Shown here: in pieces, positions 13,264-25,105 of the stretch
Layout: each line of letters begins with the position of its first letter
How positions within the stretch are numbered: the stretch's first letter is position 1
DNA from: Marsupella aquatica
Taxonomy: Eukaryota > Plantae > Marchantiophyta
Length of the DNA: 64,000 nt
Direction of reading: 5' to 3'
Assembly (NCBI GenBank): GCA_973895155.1
Contig: OZ316891.1
Coordinates: 14,415,037 to 14,479,036, forward strand
Program-made: the position numbers and the translations under genes
Notes under the pieces: generated by a model
Seen by the model: only the letters and a program-made list of their open reading frames with translations
Told to the model about the DNA's origin: nothing
Database searches by the model: none

Positions 13264-13659
13264 TGTCTAGTGTATGCGAGACCATCAGGTCATTTGCTGT
13301 CAATTCCACCTCGTTGTAAGATCTTTTCCTATCCTATCCTTGTTCTTCTGGGCACTCTAATTTGTTCAATTCAATCCTTTTTGGCACTTGGGCTCGTTTG
13401 TTCTTCTGGGTATTTCCTTTTCTCCCTTTTATTGGGTCTGCTCCTGAGGGGATCATGTCTGCAGTATGGCCATTTTTGTTCTTTGGCAGTTTGATACACA
13501 ATCAGTTTCATTTTTGATATAGATGCAGTTCACTCGTAGTTCCATTTTCAAGACGACAGGGTTTGTGTTTCTATCGACCTCCTGTCCTGATGATTTGCAA
13601 ATAAAAGAGACTAAGGCGTACTTAAATCACTCTTGTATTTTTCTTTGTATTTCTAGCAA

Positions 13660-13935
13660 TGGTTATGAGGCATTACGCTGGGAGTGAGCCACTGAACCCA
13701 TGTGCGGCTGGCCTGGGGATTCTCAAATTTGAGTAAAGCCCAAGTGACAAAGAGTGTAAACGTGAGGTGAGCGTTTCAAAATTCACTTGGGGACTACTTT
13801 CAATAACTCATCCCCACTTGTGGATAATAGATTATAACCCCCTTAGGCTCGCTGCCCTTGCTCATTACATCTCATTAGGGTGTGTCAAAGTTCTCCTGTA
13901 ACACTTTGGTTAAGTTTTGGTTACGGATGGCTTAA
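13660..13935 (+). repeat. Dispersed repeat family A (second copy at ~45760-46030)
   Basis: Shared colinear blocks ggttatga...gtgagccact..acccc.tgtg...ctgg.ctgggga...tttcaaa.t.cact...ttacgga. Confidence 0.55.
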
Positions 13936-14045
13936 TGTTTTTTGGACGCACCGTTCTTATGGGTATGTATTTTGGTAGCCCATAAAGATTCTGTCATGGC
14001 CATAAATGAGTTTCATGTCCTGAGCAGGTACAACTGTGCTTGACA

Positions 14046-14195
14046 TGCCCTATTACCCCTTCTTAGGGATGGGTGTGATGGGTTATTACCCCTTCTCCTC
14101 CATGTCACTTCCATGCAGAGTGCCCTATTACCCCTTCTTAGGGATGGGTGCGATGGGTTATTACCCCTTCTCCTCCATGTCACTTCCATGCAGAG
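14046..14195. repeat. Near-perfect tandem duplication, 2 x 75 bp
   Basis: Units 14046-14120 and 14121-14195 differ at one site (tgTga vs tgCga). Confidence 0.95.
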
Positions 14196-14398
14196 CATCT
14201 ACACCGGTTTCCTAACTCTTACGTTCTGGTTCAGACTTCTTCTTTAAATACACAGCTGGTTCCAAAAGAAAAAGAGATTTTGTTTGAACCCTTTATGTTA
14301 AAAAGCCTAGGCCATTTGCTTGTATCTGGGCTTTGTGTCCCAGTAAAATCTTTGTGTTAAAATAAATGACCTAGTTCAAATCCCATGTTTTGATAAGA

Positions 14399-14702
14399 AA
14401 GCCCTTTTAATTAATTGGCACCTGGCTTACTAATTTGAGAGTCTCATTTGTAGGTAATATAATGAAATGTTCTTTCTCCAATACTCTGCAATCATCACAC
14501 CTACAATTTGGATGTAATGCCCAAGGTGCACTACTCTAATAGATCAGAATAAAGCCCTTTTAAGTAGGCAGGCCCTTGCTTAGTACTCCAATAGAAAGTC
14601 CTATCCTTGACTAGATATTAACCAATGTTCTCTCTCCAATCCTCCACAAACATTGCTCCTAAAATTCAAATGCAAGGCCCATTGTGCACTGTTTCAATTG
14701 AC
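14399..14702. repeat. Degenerate tandem duplication, 2 x ~150 bp
   Basis: aagcccttttaa...aatgttct.tctccaat...gtgcact occurs twice (starting ~14399 and ~14552). Confidence 0.6.
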
Positions 14703-17700
14703 AGTTCCTGGGCTAACTATCGAACTTCAAAAGTCTTTTAGTAAGGATTTGTCAGGGTCCTTTCAAAACCATGGTCTTCAATTGGGGCAGTTGCTCAGCT
14801 CAAATTAATCTCAATTCCCATCATTGGCCTGTAATGGAACTTATGGGACTTGTCTTCCACTATACTATAACCACTTCAGCAACATGAAGGGATAGAATTC
14901 CCTACTTCAAATCTACCACCCGGGAAGGAACATATATCACCTGGCCAAGGGAAGAGACACTGTTAGGGCAAGTGAATACAAATTGAGTCGTTTGCTTCAT
15001 TATCCGTTTGAATTAGGCAGAAACCCTCCTGTAATCTATTTTAGAATTTGTTTATTCTTGAGTTTTGGAAGGACTTGAACCTCAGACCTGTATTCCCACC
15101 CAAGAATTAACCATTGGGCTAGATTTTTACTTTGTGAATAATGGTATAATCGTTCATTGTCCTACTTCTCGTGTTACCTTGTTTGTACTCAGGTTTCTTT
15201 GCCTAATTTAGATTTGTGGCATGTCTTTTTTGTTTCAATTTGCGGGGGACAATTTCAAGGTCCAATAACACAAAAGATGTCTAAGGCAAATTGAAACATC
15301 TGTTTTGATTTTTGATATAAGATGGGCCTAAAAATTTAAGGGTGCCTGTGCAATGTGTTATTTTTATCCTTATATTCAAGTTGATTAAATGACATTTCAT
15401 ACACAAGGGATACCTAACCCCTAAGCTATTGCTTCCCAAGATTGTGTAAAATCCAAGGAGTGTGAGATAAAACCACCTTCAACATAACGCCAACCCCTCC
15501 CTTTTGTCTGCTACTCACAATTTTGTTTTGTAAGTTTATGGTTTTGAGTGAGTATGTGTTGCTAACTAAAGTCATTATGAGATGAATGGCGCATCACATT
15601 TCTGTGAGGAATTCACAATCTTTTAGAAGCCAAACAGTTGTGTACTAGAGAAATGACCTTGGGATAAAAGTGGGGCCAACACTTTGTAAGGCCATGAGCA
15701 GTGAGGAGAGGGAATAAGTATCAAGTCACCCAACTACAAGGCAAGCTACTTTACTTTCTTTTGGGGGATCCTCACACCTTTAGTGAGCTTAGAGAAAATT
15801 GTTTTGCTATTTTATATAGATATGGTAGTACTGAAAGCTTTTGAATACCTTTTGGGGAAGATTGCTTTAAGTTGGAGCAACCTTTTTGTTGTTCGTGATG
15901 ATCAGAGATGAGTTTTTCCCTGAAGCCTTTGATTTTCAATGAGAGTGCACACCATTGTGCTGAGTGAGCTCTCTCAACTGTGAAGAAAATAGTCTACGGT
16001 ATACTAGAACAATATACATTTAATATTCTCCCACTAATCCTAGCAAAAATCATTACTCCCACTGCCTGGAATAAATTTGCAGAAAGGGCTCCCCCTACCC
16101 AGACTCCCACTCTCTGTCCTAATGGCTTCACTTTACGCAGCAAGTCATGACTGGTAGATTAGAATGTCGAATTATCGACAATATGACAGATAGATACAGT
16201 AGATTCCCATCGATGACATTAGTAGCTTTACTTTGACTTTTGCCACTTTCTTTAGTCTCATTATTTTGTCGTTATGGTATAAAATCAGGAAATCTATTTA
16301 AGAGTTTTTTTATTACTTTGAAGGATACCTTAGTTCTAATTTAACTCATTAAGATAGAATAGATACCCTCCGTACTTTGCTATATAACAAAATAAGTGAT
16401 GCTGTTCTAGGGTGGCCAACTGTAGCTATATATGGAGTGCTAAGGTTAAATATAGTTGCACGTAGTTCAACACTACTTCTCTCGTGTGATTGCCTTGTGT
16501 CAATTGTAAAATAAGTTTTGAACAGGGCCAGTAGTATCCAAGTGATTTTTCTTGCACCGATTAGATCTGATACCACTTCACATTTATCTAATAGAGGGCA
16601 ATCCAAAGCTAGGACAAGTACCTAGTGTCTAAGAGTGAAGCCTATAGCATATGATTGTGGAGCACACTTAGGGCCGTCTTGCATGTAGACGGTCCTTCAA
16701 AAAACGGCCTTTGATACAAACGGTGGCAGCCCCTGAGTGAACAAAACTGCCCCCTGAACGAGGCCGTCTTGACAGCACTAAACTAGGACCTGGAAGGGCA
16801 AGGCACTCAAACCTTGCAACCCTTCACAGTCCCGACCTTTGCATGGCACATAAGACAATGGCATTTGCTTTCCACATGTCACTGAACTGGGCTGCCTGTG
16901 ATTTTGCTGTGCGACTGATCCGGTCCTGGTTATCAACTCTCACCTGCTCGTACACGTAGGAGACCCTGCAAATTGTCCTGCATGTGAAATGCTTCAACAA
17001 TTCACTGTGCGCTTCACCTGAACACTTCGCATGTGTTCCTGTCACTGCGACGTATTTGAACTTGAGAGCATCATGAGAGTGCTCGTGAGCCCTGGGCCCT
17101 CAGTCTTAACTAATACGCGGAGGACGTGTGAACGCGCGAAGGGTAATTCTTATTCATTTTGAACTAATAATTATAATTATTACCGGTAATAAGGGAACTT
17201 TTAATAGAAAAATGGAAACAACCCGGTAAACAGGAAAAAGGCCCGATCGCAGGGGTTCCACTTCTTTTACACGGAGTGAGGGCCCAGGGCTCGTGAGAGT
17301 GTAGAAATTGAAGTTAGCATATGGTAAGCTTTCAGCATTGAGACGACATTGAGAGTGTAGAAATCGATAAGGATTGTACATGCACTCAATAGCAGTCACT
17401 TCTGATCGTGCCTCCAGATTCTTTCAATTTGTAAGCTTCAAAACAGCAACCACAGCATCAACACACGACAACATTTGAAAAACACTGCCCGGCTAACCTT
17501 ACCGATTCCAATCAAGCTCACAAGTAAGTTGAAGTCTCACATTCTATGCTGCATTTCAATTGTCGATAATTTGTGAGAATGACTCCTTCATCTCCCGCCT
17601 GCCTCTCTCTTCAAAATGCGAAATCACCACTGACCTCTACTGAAAGTCAATCAATCAGCCAGCCGTCTTCTCTGTACTCCCCATCGGTTGTTGAAACTAG

Positions 17701-18400
17701 GTACGTAGGTGGCTAGAGCAGCTGCAATCCAACCAGGCTAGACAGGTTCTACTATACATGGCTGTGGTGGAACGCGGAAGACTGGGGCTAGGCGCACGAT
17801 GCTGCCTTGCCCAAAGAGTGTAACAAATGTGAGAGAGGACCAAGGCTCCTTCTCACTTTCTGGATCAATCGGCAATAGTGGCTAGACCAGGCTCTACATT
17901 GCTGTGGTGGAATGCGAAGAGTGGGGCTGGGGCAGGATGCTGCCCTGCCGAGCGAGTGGATGCATCTACTTTTTGTGTAATTAACCTGGATGGATCACTT
18001 TCAATTGAACTGTGGAATGTTTTGAAGTCATGTCAAGTGCAATTCAAATTTGGATTCAGTTTTATAGCTTTTGTATGCTCGACGTCAGTATAGTTTGGTT
18101 TGAATGATGATGCTCGATTGTTTCATATACTCAAGCTCTGTACAACAAACTCTATACGCAGGGTAGTTTGGAGTGCACCAATGTAGTATACCTGATCGTG
18201 AAGGGAGCTTGGAAGGGAATGCACAATTGTAGGTCGCGACTACTTGCTTCCTTTGTAGTGGCTGCGGTAGACTTGTGCATTAATTAGTACCCAAACATAC
18301 CGCCCGATACATACTTAGAAAGGCATATAAACATGAAGTACAACAACTTTGTTGTGTCAAATTTGTTGTGAAAATTCCTTTCAGGTCAGGTTTTGACACA

Positions 18401-18997
18401 ATGGAGCCTAGCAAAGATAATCTGAAGGGCCTTGCTACTAATTATTTGGGGAAGATAAAAGACGCGAAAGAGTACTTGACTCACGTGCAGTCAATGCTTT
18501 GTATAGACCTTTGGCCTGCTTTGCAGATGGACATGTTAAATGCCAAAATTCATGATAGAGAGACCCAAGAATTGAAACACGAGGTTGAGAGGTTGAAAGC
18601 AGAAAACCATCGGCTTCTCAGCGAGAACAAGACATTGGAAGTCCTGCAATCAGAGGTTGTTCAGATGTTGTAGCGGAGAGGACATAAGAATAAAACAATC
18701 TCTACAAAGACTGCAGCTGAGAGAAAACTTGTAGTAGGAGCACGGGAACCTTTGGTCCCGATTTCTCCCAACCTGTCCAAGATTACTCGAGAGATTACTA
18801 TGCACAGAATAGATCCAGGGCATACACATGCTTTGAAAGGCAAACTTCCACTTCGCGTAGTAGATTCTTTGGTCTCTGACACACCCTACGTTTCGAATAG
18901 TACAGGAGTTCCATCCACTCATCAGCATGATGCTATTTCTGCAAGAGCTGGGAAGAAAATCTGCTTGGAGAGTGATTCTGTTGGCCTTGGGCCCTGA
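18401..18997 (+). pseudogene. Third (accessory) ORF of the Harbinger element, ~198 codons, coiled-coil protein of unknown function
   Basis: ORFs 18368-18673 and 18752-18997 share a frame and are separated by one TAG (18671-18673). Heptad-like ETQELKHEVERLKAENHRLLSENKTLEVLQSEV. Splice acceptor ttcctttcag just upstream (18375-18384). Confidence 0.6.
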
Positions 18998-19327
18998 ACA
19001 TAGGAAACTACCTTCATAAGATAGAGATAGATATGTAATTCTAAGATCATACTTATTTGACCTACTATTGGCGTTGTCTTATCCAGACCATGATTATATT
19101 GTGGATCATTATATATGAATATGATAAAACTTTGCTTCATCATTTTGTTGAAAATATTGAAAGCCTCGAGAGGACATGGTTTTAACATGCTGCAATAATT
19201 TCAATTGGTTTTTTGAAGAACTCTTGTGGTTTAATTTTTTTAAATGAACTTCATGTGTTTTGTGCATTGAATATTTAAAACATATTGATGTGCGAAATCA
19301 CCACTGACTTATTTGTGTCCCTTTCAG

Positions 19328-20559
19328 ATGACGAGCCAAAATCAGAGACAGGTTCCAGGCCAAAGTTCGGCTTCACAAGGTGTGCCATTGTGTGATTTGG
19401 ATCTGAACATTGCTGCAGATCCCACTACTACACCACAACGTCAAGGAAGGAATAAGTTGCCATATTGGACTGACGAGGAGATGACGGTTCTCATTGCAGC
19501 AAAACAGAATGAATATCACACTGTCATTATGGAAGGCTCAACACAGAAAAAAATGACTAGTAGCAAGTTGAAATGGAAAGCAGTGGCAAAGTGTATGGTG
19601 GATGAGGGGTACACTAATCCTATTTGAGATCCAAACTCTTGTAAGAAGAAGTGGCAGCTTATTGAGAACAAGTTTAAAACAATTTATGACTATGAAAAGA
19701 AGGAGAAAATTGGGCAGGTTTCTTACTTTAACATGGGTGACAAGGACCGACGCGACCATCAATTCCCCACTAATTTTTCTGTTGATCTGTATGAGCAATT
19801 GTTGGAGTAGTATGCAGATATTCCACGCGTCACTCCACCTAAAAAGTTCATATCTGACATTTCTTCTATGGACCGAAATGCACAGGAGAATCCATTTGAT
19901 TTATCATGAGAGAGTAAGAACTTACTTACTTTTGCCTTTGCATTGGTTTTTTTTGCATGGTGTAGCTATATTTAAGTATTTTTTATGCAAGTGATTTTGT
20001 GATATTTTATCACAGATTTTATTTTGCACTGAAATTATTGTCCCCTTTTTTACACCTATATCTTTCCTTTATTAAATAGTACAACAAGTACGTTATGTCA
20101 TTTGCAGGTGATGATGATGTTGAGGTTCATGAAGATGGGTCTATCCCTACCAGCCAGGAATACTGCCCAGGACCAACACACGAGGGTACGCAGTCACACA
20201 ATGTCAAGAATACCGGTGGAGTGAGAGAACCATCATCCCCTCAGGACTTTTTTGGCCCAAGCAAGAGAGGTGTGAAGCGAAAGGCAACCAAGTCTGGCAG
20301 TGATAAACAAGCGCATTTGAGAACCATGGCAAACGCTTGTGCTGAGATGGCTTCTACAGCCAAGCGTGATGTTCATATCCAAGAACATGATTCTCACATG
20401 CGAGAACGTGAGTTTGAGCTGCGAGAACATGAGTATGAAATTTGAGAGCGACAAGAGAGAACTTTGAGTACAACAATGAAGACAACATCCGAGCATATGA
20501 CACGTTTGACTGATGCCCTTATGGAGAAGCTTGCAAGTTCTTCACGACCTTCACAATAG
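19328..20559 (+). pseudogene. Harbinger Myb/SANT-like (trihelix) DNA-binding partner protein, 2 exons, disrupted
   Basis: YWTDEEMTVLIAAK...KWKAVAKCM...*DPNSCKKKWQLIENKFKTIYDYE...SYFNM is a trihelix/Myb_DNA-bind_4 pattern. Exons 19328-19913 and 20108-20559, with a C-terminal coiled coil. In-frame stops at 19625, 19808, 19907 and 20443. Confidence 0.9.
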
Positions 20560-20742
20560 AGTCCCGAGTAGAGTAGCACTTAGCTAGTTTGTATTTATCA
20601 AGTGTAGTACTTAGGGTCTAGTACTTCAATTAATAGTTGCATGGAATTGCAAAAAACACTATGATGACACTTTCATACACTTTTCAATTGCAAATTTTAT
20701 TTCAAACTTGCCTACAACATTTGCATTTGAAAACATAAATAG

Positions 20743-22107
20743 TCACAATGTATAATTATCCCTTGGGGCAGTACAACGTCTTTGTCGTTCCTCCTCCCAT
20801 TCTCTCTCAGGCAACAAATAGTTCATCATTGCAACACGATGTCTACGTCCATTACCAAAACTATGATCTCCAGCTGGAGGGCCTCCAAGTTCATAAGGAG
20901 GGTCTGCATCTAATCCCCAAGCTGGATCATACACATCTCCACGATTAATACGAATATTGTGTAGAATGCATGCACAAGTAACATAATGTGGCAATTGATA
21001 AGGAGAGGGACGATACATTTTGCGTGAAATAAATCTCCAGCTATTTTTCAACTGACCAAAAGCACGCTCTACGCACATCCTAGTTGAGCTAAGCATGTAG
21101 TTAAATTCTCTCTTACGGCTATGCTCTCTTGCACCGGGGAAAGGGTTTAGCAACCAAGGATATGCAGGATAACCTACATCACCAATAATGTATTTCCTTG
21201 TACAAAATCCTGTATTTGATGTAAACATGGGACCTGAGAGTTTTGTGTGGTGTACTGTAACATCGTCAAAAAACCCGGACACCCGTAGAAGGCGAGAGTC
21301 TTGTATGCTACCGGGCCATCCTGAAAAGACATCCAAAAATCAAAGACGACTATCACAGATAGCTTGCATAGAAATGCTCTGACCATTCTTGTAATCACGG
21401 TAATCACTGGAATTTGTTCCAGGCGGTAGCTCCACTTGAAAATGAGTGCTGACTATTGCACCACAACAATTTGGTAATCCTTGTAGTTGGCAAAATTCTT
21501 CTTTCACCCTTGCCATGGCTTCTCCTTGTGGCCAACTCAAATGTGTTCTCCTTGCTCGCATAATTAAAGCCCTAACAAATTGCCAAACAATATCCGATAT
21601 GCATGGCACGGAAACCCCAAACATCTTTGAAAGCATCAACAACAAACAACCACTGGAAAAGCGACGGAGGGCTATGGCAACCTGGCGCTCAACAGACAAT
21701 GTTCTATTTGTCAAATTGCGAAGGCCAGGTGGGGGATGTGTGGTCATATCTTCTCTAACCAAGTTGCAAATGTACATGAATGTTGTCGGTGACACTCGAA
21801 ACAAATACTTGAAGCGAATAGGATCATGCTCAATCACATGTGTTAAATACCAACCGCTCCACTCTCTTGACCTCGGCTCAATGTAATTTCCAGAAATATG
21901 TGAATAATCTCTGCAAAAAGCTGATTGAATGGTTTGAAAGAGTCGCAACAAGTTTGCAAATTGTGTACCATCGTCACCTGGCATCTGTCTTTGTGGCAAA
22001 TCATAGTTGCCAAGAAGAGCGTACAGTTGTAGTTGTTGCAAAATCAGTTGTTGCAAGGCAATAATTGTGGAGACTATTATGTCAAACTCCTCGTTTGAAA
22101 GCACCAT
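20743..22107 (-). pseudogene. PIF/Harbinger DDE transposase (HARBI1/ALP1-like), disrupted
   Basis: Motifs FRVSPTTF, SVERQVAIALRRF, GLPNCCGAIVSTH, SISMQAICD, GWPGSIQDSR, IIGDVGYP, FNYMLSSTRMCVERAFGQLK, CACILHN. The two ORFs share a frame and are split by TGA at 21340-21342. The first catalytic Asp (GAIDxTH) reads Val. Confidence 0.95.
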
Positions 22108-22782
22108 TGTGACAAAATAGTTTGAGCTGGAAAGGCCTGCACAATGAATGACATGTCTTTGACGTTGTCAATAGTGAAGAGAAAAATTGAGGGCAATAAG
22201 AAAGTGCAAGTAACTAACAAATTGTAGGCACATAAGTGAGTGAAGTGCTTGCCAAAAATCATCACTTATTTGTGAGTCCTTGACAGTGAAAAAAGCTTTG
22301 CAGTACACCTTTGTTTGCAAGGCCACATCTTGTACTATACCTGGATTTCGTATGGCCTACCTTCCGCTATACTACACCTAGTACTATACTATTTCTTGGC
22401 CTTCTACTGCCCAAGTGAATTATGTAGTGTTTGGAGGAATGAGCTGGTAATGTTCAGAGGCATGAGCCGGTAATGTTCGGAGGAATGAGTCGAGCACATA
22501 AGTGAAATGGCAATGCCCAGATTCAACATTCTGATTGTAAGAGCGACAACATAAAATCATGATACCTACCATCTGTCTGATCAATGTTGTTCACGATTTC
22601 AATGTGTGGACGAGAGTGAGATGCAACAGTAGTCACCGAATTGTAAGCACATTTAGCAGCGGAGCACATGAAATCAGTGGCAGCCCATTCTTCAGCAACG
22701 AATGCCCACCTCAAGAACGGGTGAGGGCAGGCAGCCGGAGGCCAGTGCGTCCATGTCAAGTAGAGGAGCAAGAGAGACTTGT

Positions 22783-22903
22783 GAGTGCAGAAGCGGAATG
22801 CAGGAGCGGAGTACAGAAGCGGAATGCAGGAGTGGAGTACATAAGCGGAATGCAGGAGCGGAGTACAGAAGTAGAATGCAGGAGTGGAGCGCAGAAGCGG
22901 AGT
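22783..22903. repeat. Subterminal tandem array, ~9 x 13 bp (gcagaagcggaat/gcaggagcggagt, 26-bp higher-order unit) inside the Harbinger
   Basis: Directly visible. A second 23-24-bp repeat (gaggaatgagctggtaatgttc) lies at ~22433-22490. Confidence 0.9.
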
Positions 22904-23466
22904 GTTGGACAACCAATTTCCTTTGTATTACATTTGGCTAACTTGTCGTGTAGCAAACTAGACTTTGCAGGGCTTCTTCACTTCGCAACGCCAATTTGCG
23001 CTTCACAATCAATGCAGCCTCAATCCCCTCTATTGCTCCCGGTAAACTAAGCGGCACATAACGACAGAGGTGGACACGACCCCTCAACACATCCAAAACG
23101 TAACACAGGGGAGGATCGAGTTGTTAAACCAAATCCCTGATTCTGTGTAAGTTTCTCTTTGTGAAAGGCCGCATTCTTGAGGGCTGATGCACATGCAAAA
23201 CGGCCCTTATTGTGGGGGTGGATTGGAATAGGGTATGACGGGTCTCACCATCTATGTATTAGCAAATCTAAGATTCAGGCTAGTGTGTAGGATGTAACAT
23301 TCATTAACCGCATGTGTCATGTGGGGCGGCGCTCTCTGTACAGGATCACCATACTCATCACTAGATTGGCAATGCTGGAATGCAAGTGGTTATTTTTAGC
23401 TTCTAAATCTGGTAGTATTGTGTAAAAATGGAACTTGATTAGTCATAAGCTCCAATGAATCCTAGA

Positions 23467-23508
23467 TTAGCAAATCTACGTATTAGCAAATCTATGTATT
23501 AGCAAATC
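23467..23508. repeat. Tandem repeat, 3 x ~16 bp (tattagcaaatcta.g)
   Basis: Directly visible, with another copy at ~23252-23270. Confidence 0.8.
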
Positions 23509-23969
23509 AAGCTCAAATGGGATCCCAATTGCTCTTTGTGTATTGAAGTTAGTTTTCCCTGAATCAATATCATCGCACGTCTTCATGCTTGCCTTACAAG
23601 CTTAGGAATACTCTCCAAAACAGTTTCTATGAACATTTGACACAAGAAATTGTGATAATCTATAAAAGTGTTACAAACACTGATGTATCTGTGCTTTAAC
23701 AAGGCAGTTAATTTGGAACCTATTCTTTGAACATTGTTTTCTGAGAAAACTAATTAAAAAAATACTGGAAATGCGTATGTGTCTATGTTTCAGACAGAAT
23801 TTGAGAGTATTTTTGGATTATTACAAGGTATCATAGATATTTTTATTGGCAAAGGGACTTACAAACGTTCTCCACTATTTTTACTGAAAGCAGTAACAAG
23901 AAAAATATGTTAGGGCTTTCAACCACACCCGCCCATATAAAAGGGCCCATCCCATGGCTAGTGCTCATT

Positions 23970-24025
23970 CATGCCTAGTGGTCAACGGTGTACTGACCAT
24001 CAAAAGTGGAGTTCAAGTCCCTGTT
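23970..24025 (+). mobile_element. Possible tRNA-derived SINE head (degenerate)
   Basis: A-box-like tgcctagtgg and B-box-like gagttcaagtccc ~30 nt apart. No cloverleaf, tail or TSD found. Confidence 0.35.
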
Positions 24026-25105
24026 CTGCATAAGTCCATTCCAATGAAATTGATGTGCACCTGGGTGGGGGCACTGTATAAAATAGGTAGTTCTGGTTTA
24101 AGTGTAACACCACTATTTTCCAAGCCATTATGGCCCAGTACTAGCCCCTCAAAACTGGAACCACAGCCCTCATTTGGGGGGTATCATGGCGCATAGTGCT
24201 TTGTACACAGGGACTTTACTTCATACAAAGTGATAGGGGAAACCTGAAAATTAGGGGACTTTACAAGAATGAGACTACCACAATTGAAAGGGCAGCAAAA
24301 TGCTTGATGGGGCCCCTCTAGCTAAAGATATTCCTGATGAGCTCCTAACTTTTCAAATAATTATACTTAATGGGGCCCTTTGTCCCTGTGACCCTTTCTC
24401 AGGACTTGTCATATTATTTTTTAATTCCATTTTTTAATTGTAACACACTTTACAACTATCTGCATCACTCCACCACATGGACTATCTAGAGGCAATTGTG
24501 TACTCTTGTTTGAAAATAAGTATATAACTTTTGTACTAAGTATTTAGCCCTTCTCACTCCCATATTTTGAGTTGTTCCAGGTCTGTGCCCATGTTGTTGG
24601 GGGTCGTATTCCTCCTGTGGTCGCTCGGCTCTTGGCGGCCTGTCGGCTTCTAGCCATGGCCAAAGAGACTGGGGGTGTCAGACCCTTGGCCATTGGGAGG
24701 TCTTGTTTCGATTGGTCAGCCGTTTGTTTGTCTGCATACTAGGGCTCCAATTTCATCACACTTTTTTCCTCACCAGTTTGGTGTGGCCACCCTGGGTGGT
24801 TGCGAGAGTGTGGTGCACGGCCTACGTGCCATCTTGGATATCCACCCCCACTCGGCGGTTATTCAGGTGGATGTGGTTAATGCATTCAACTATGTTTCTC
24901 GTCGGGTCATGTTTGAGGAGCTTTGGGCTGCTGGAGGGCAAATTGCATCTCTCATCCCCTTTGCCCAGGCCTTTCATGGGGCCACAACCCCCTTGGTTTA
25001 CCCTGACCATCTTGTTTTGGGTCCTATCTGACCCCGTACCTAACCATTTCATTCGAGTCTGAGGCTAGGTAGGGTGATCCCCTTGGTGGGGCATTGTTTG
25101 CCATG

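Larger units (their letters stand above)
16671..23206. mobile_element. Full-length, decayed PIF/Harbinger DNA transposon (6536 bp)
   Basis: TIRs GGGCCGTCTTGCATGT (16671) and revcomp GGGCCGTTTTGCATGT (23191-23206) match at 15/16, with imperfect extension to ~45 bp. TTA target duplication at 16668-16670 and 23207-23209. Convergent Myb/SANT and DDE transposase genes lie inside. Confidence 0.95.

Noticed and set aside
20743-22107. Domesticated ALP1/HARBI1 host gene
   Set aside because: It lies between TIRs with a TTA TSD and has a premature stop, so it is a decayed transposon.
22523-23050. Several overlapping ORFs of 66-163 aa
   Set aside because: They are translations of the 13-bp tandem array in different frames.
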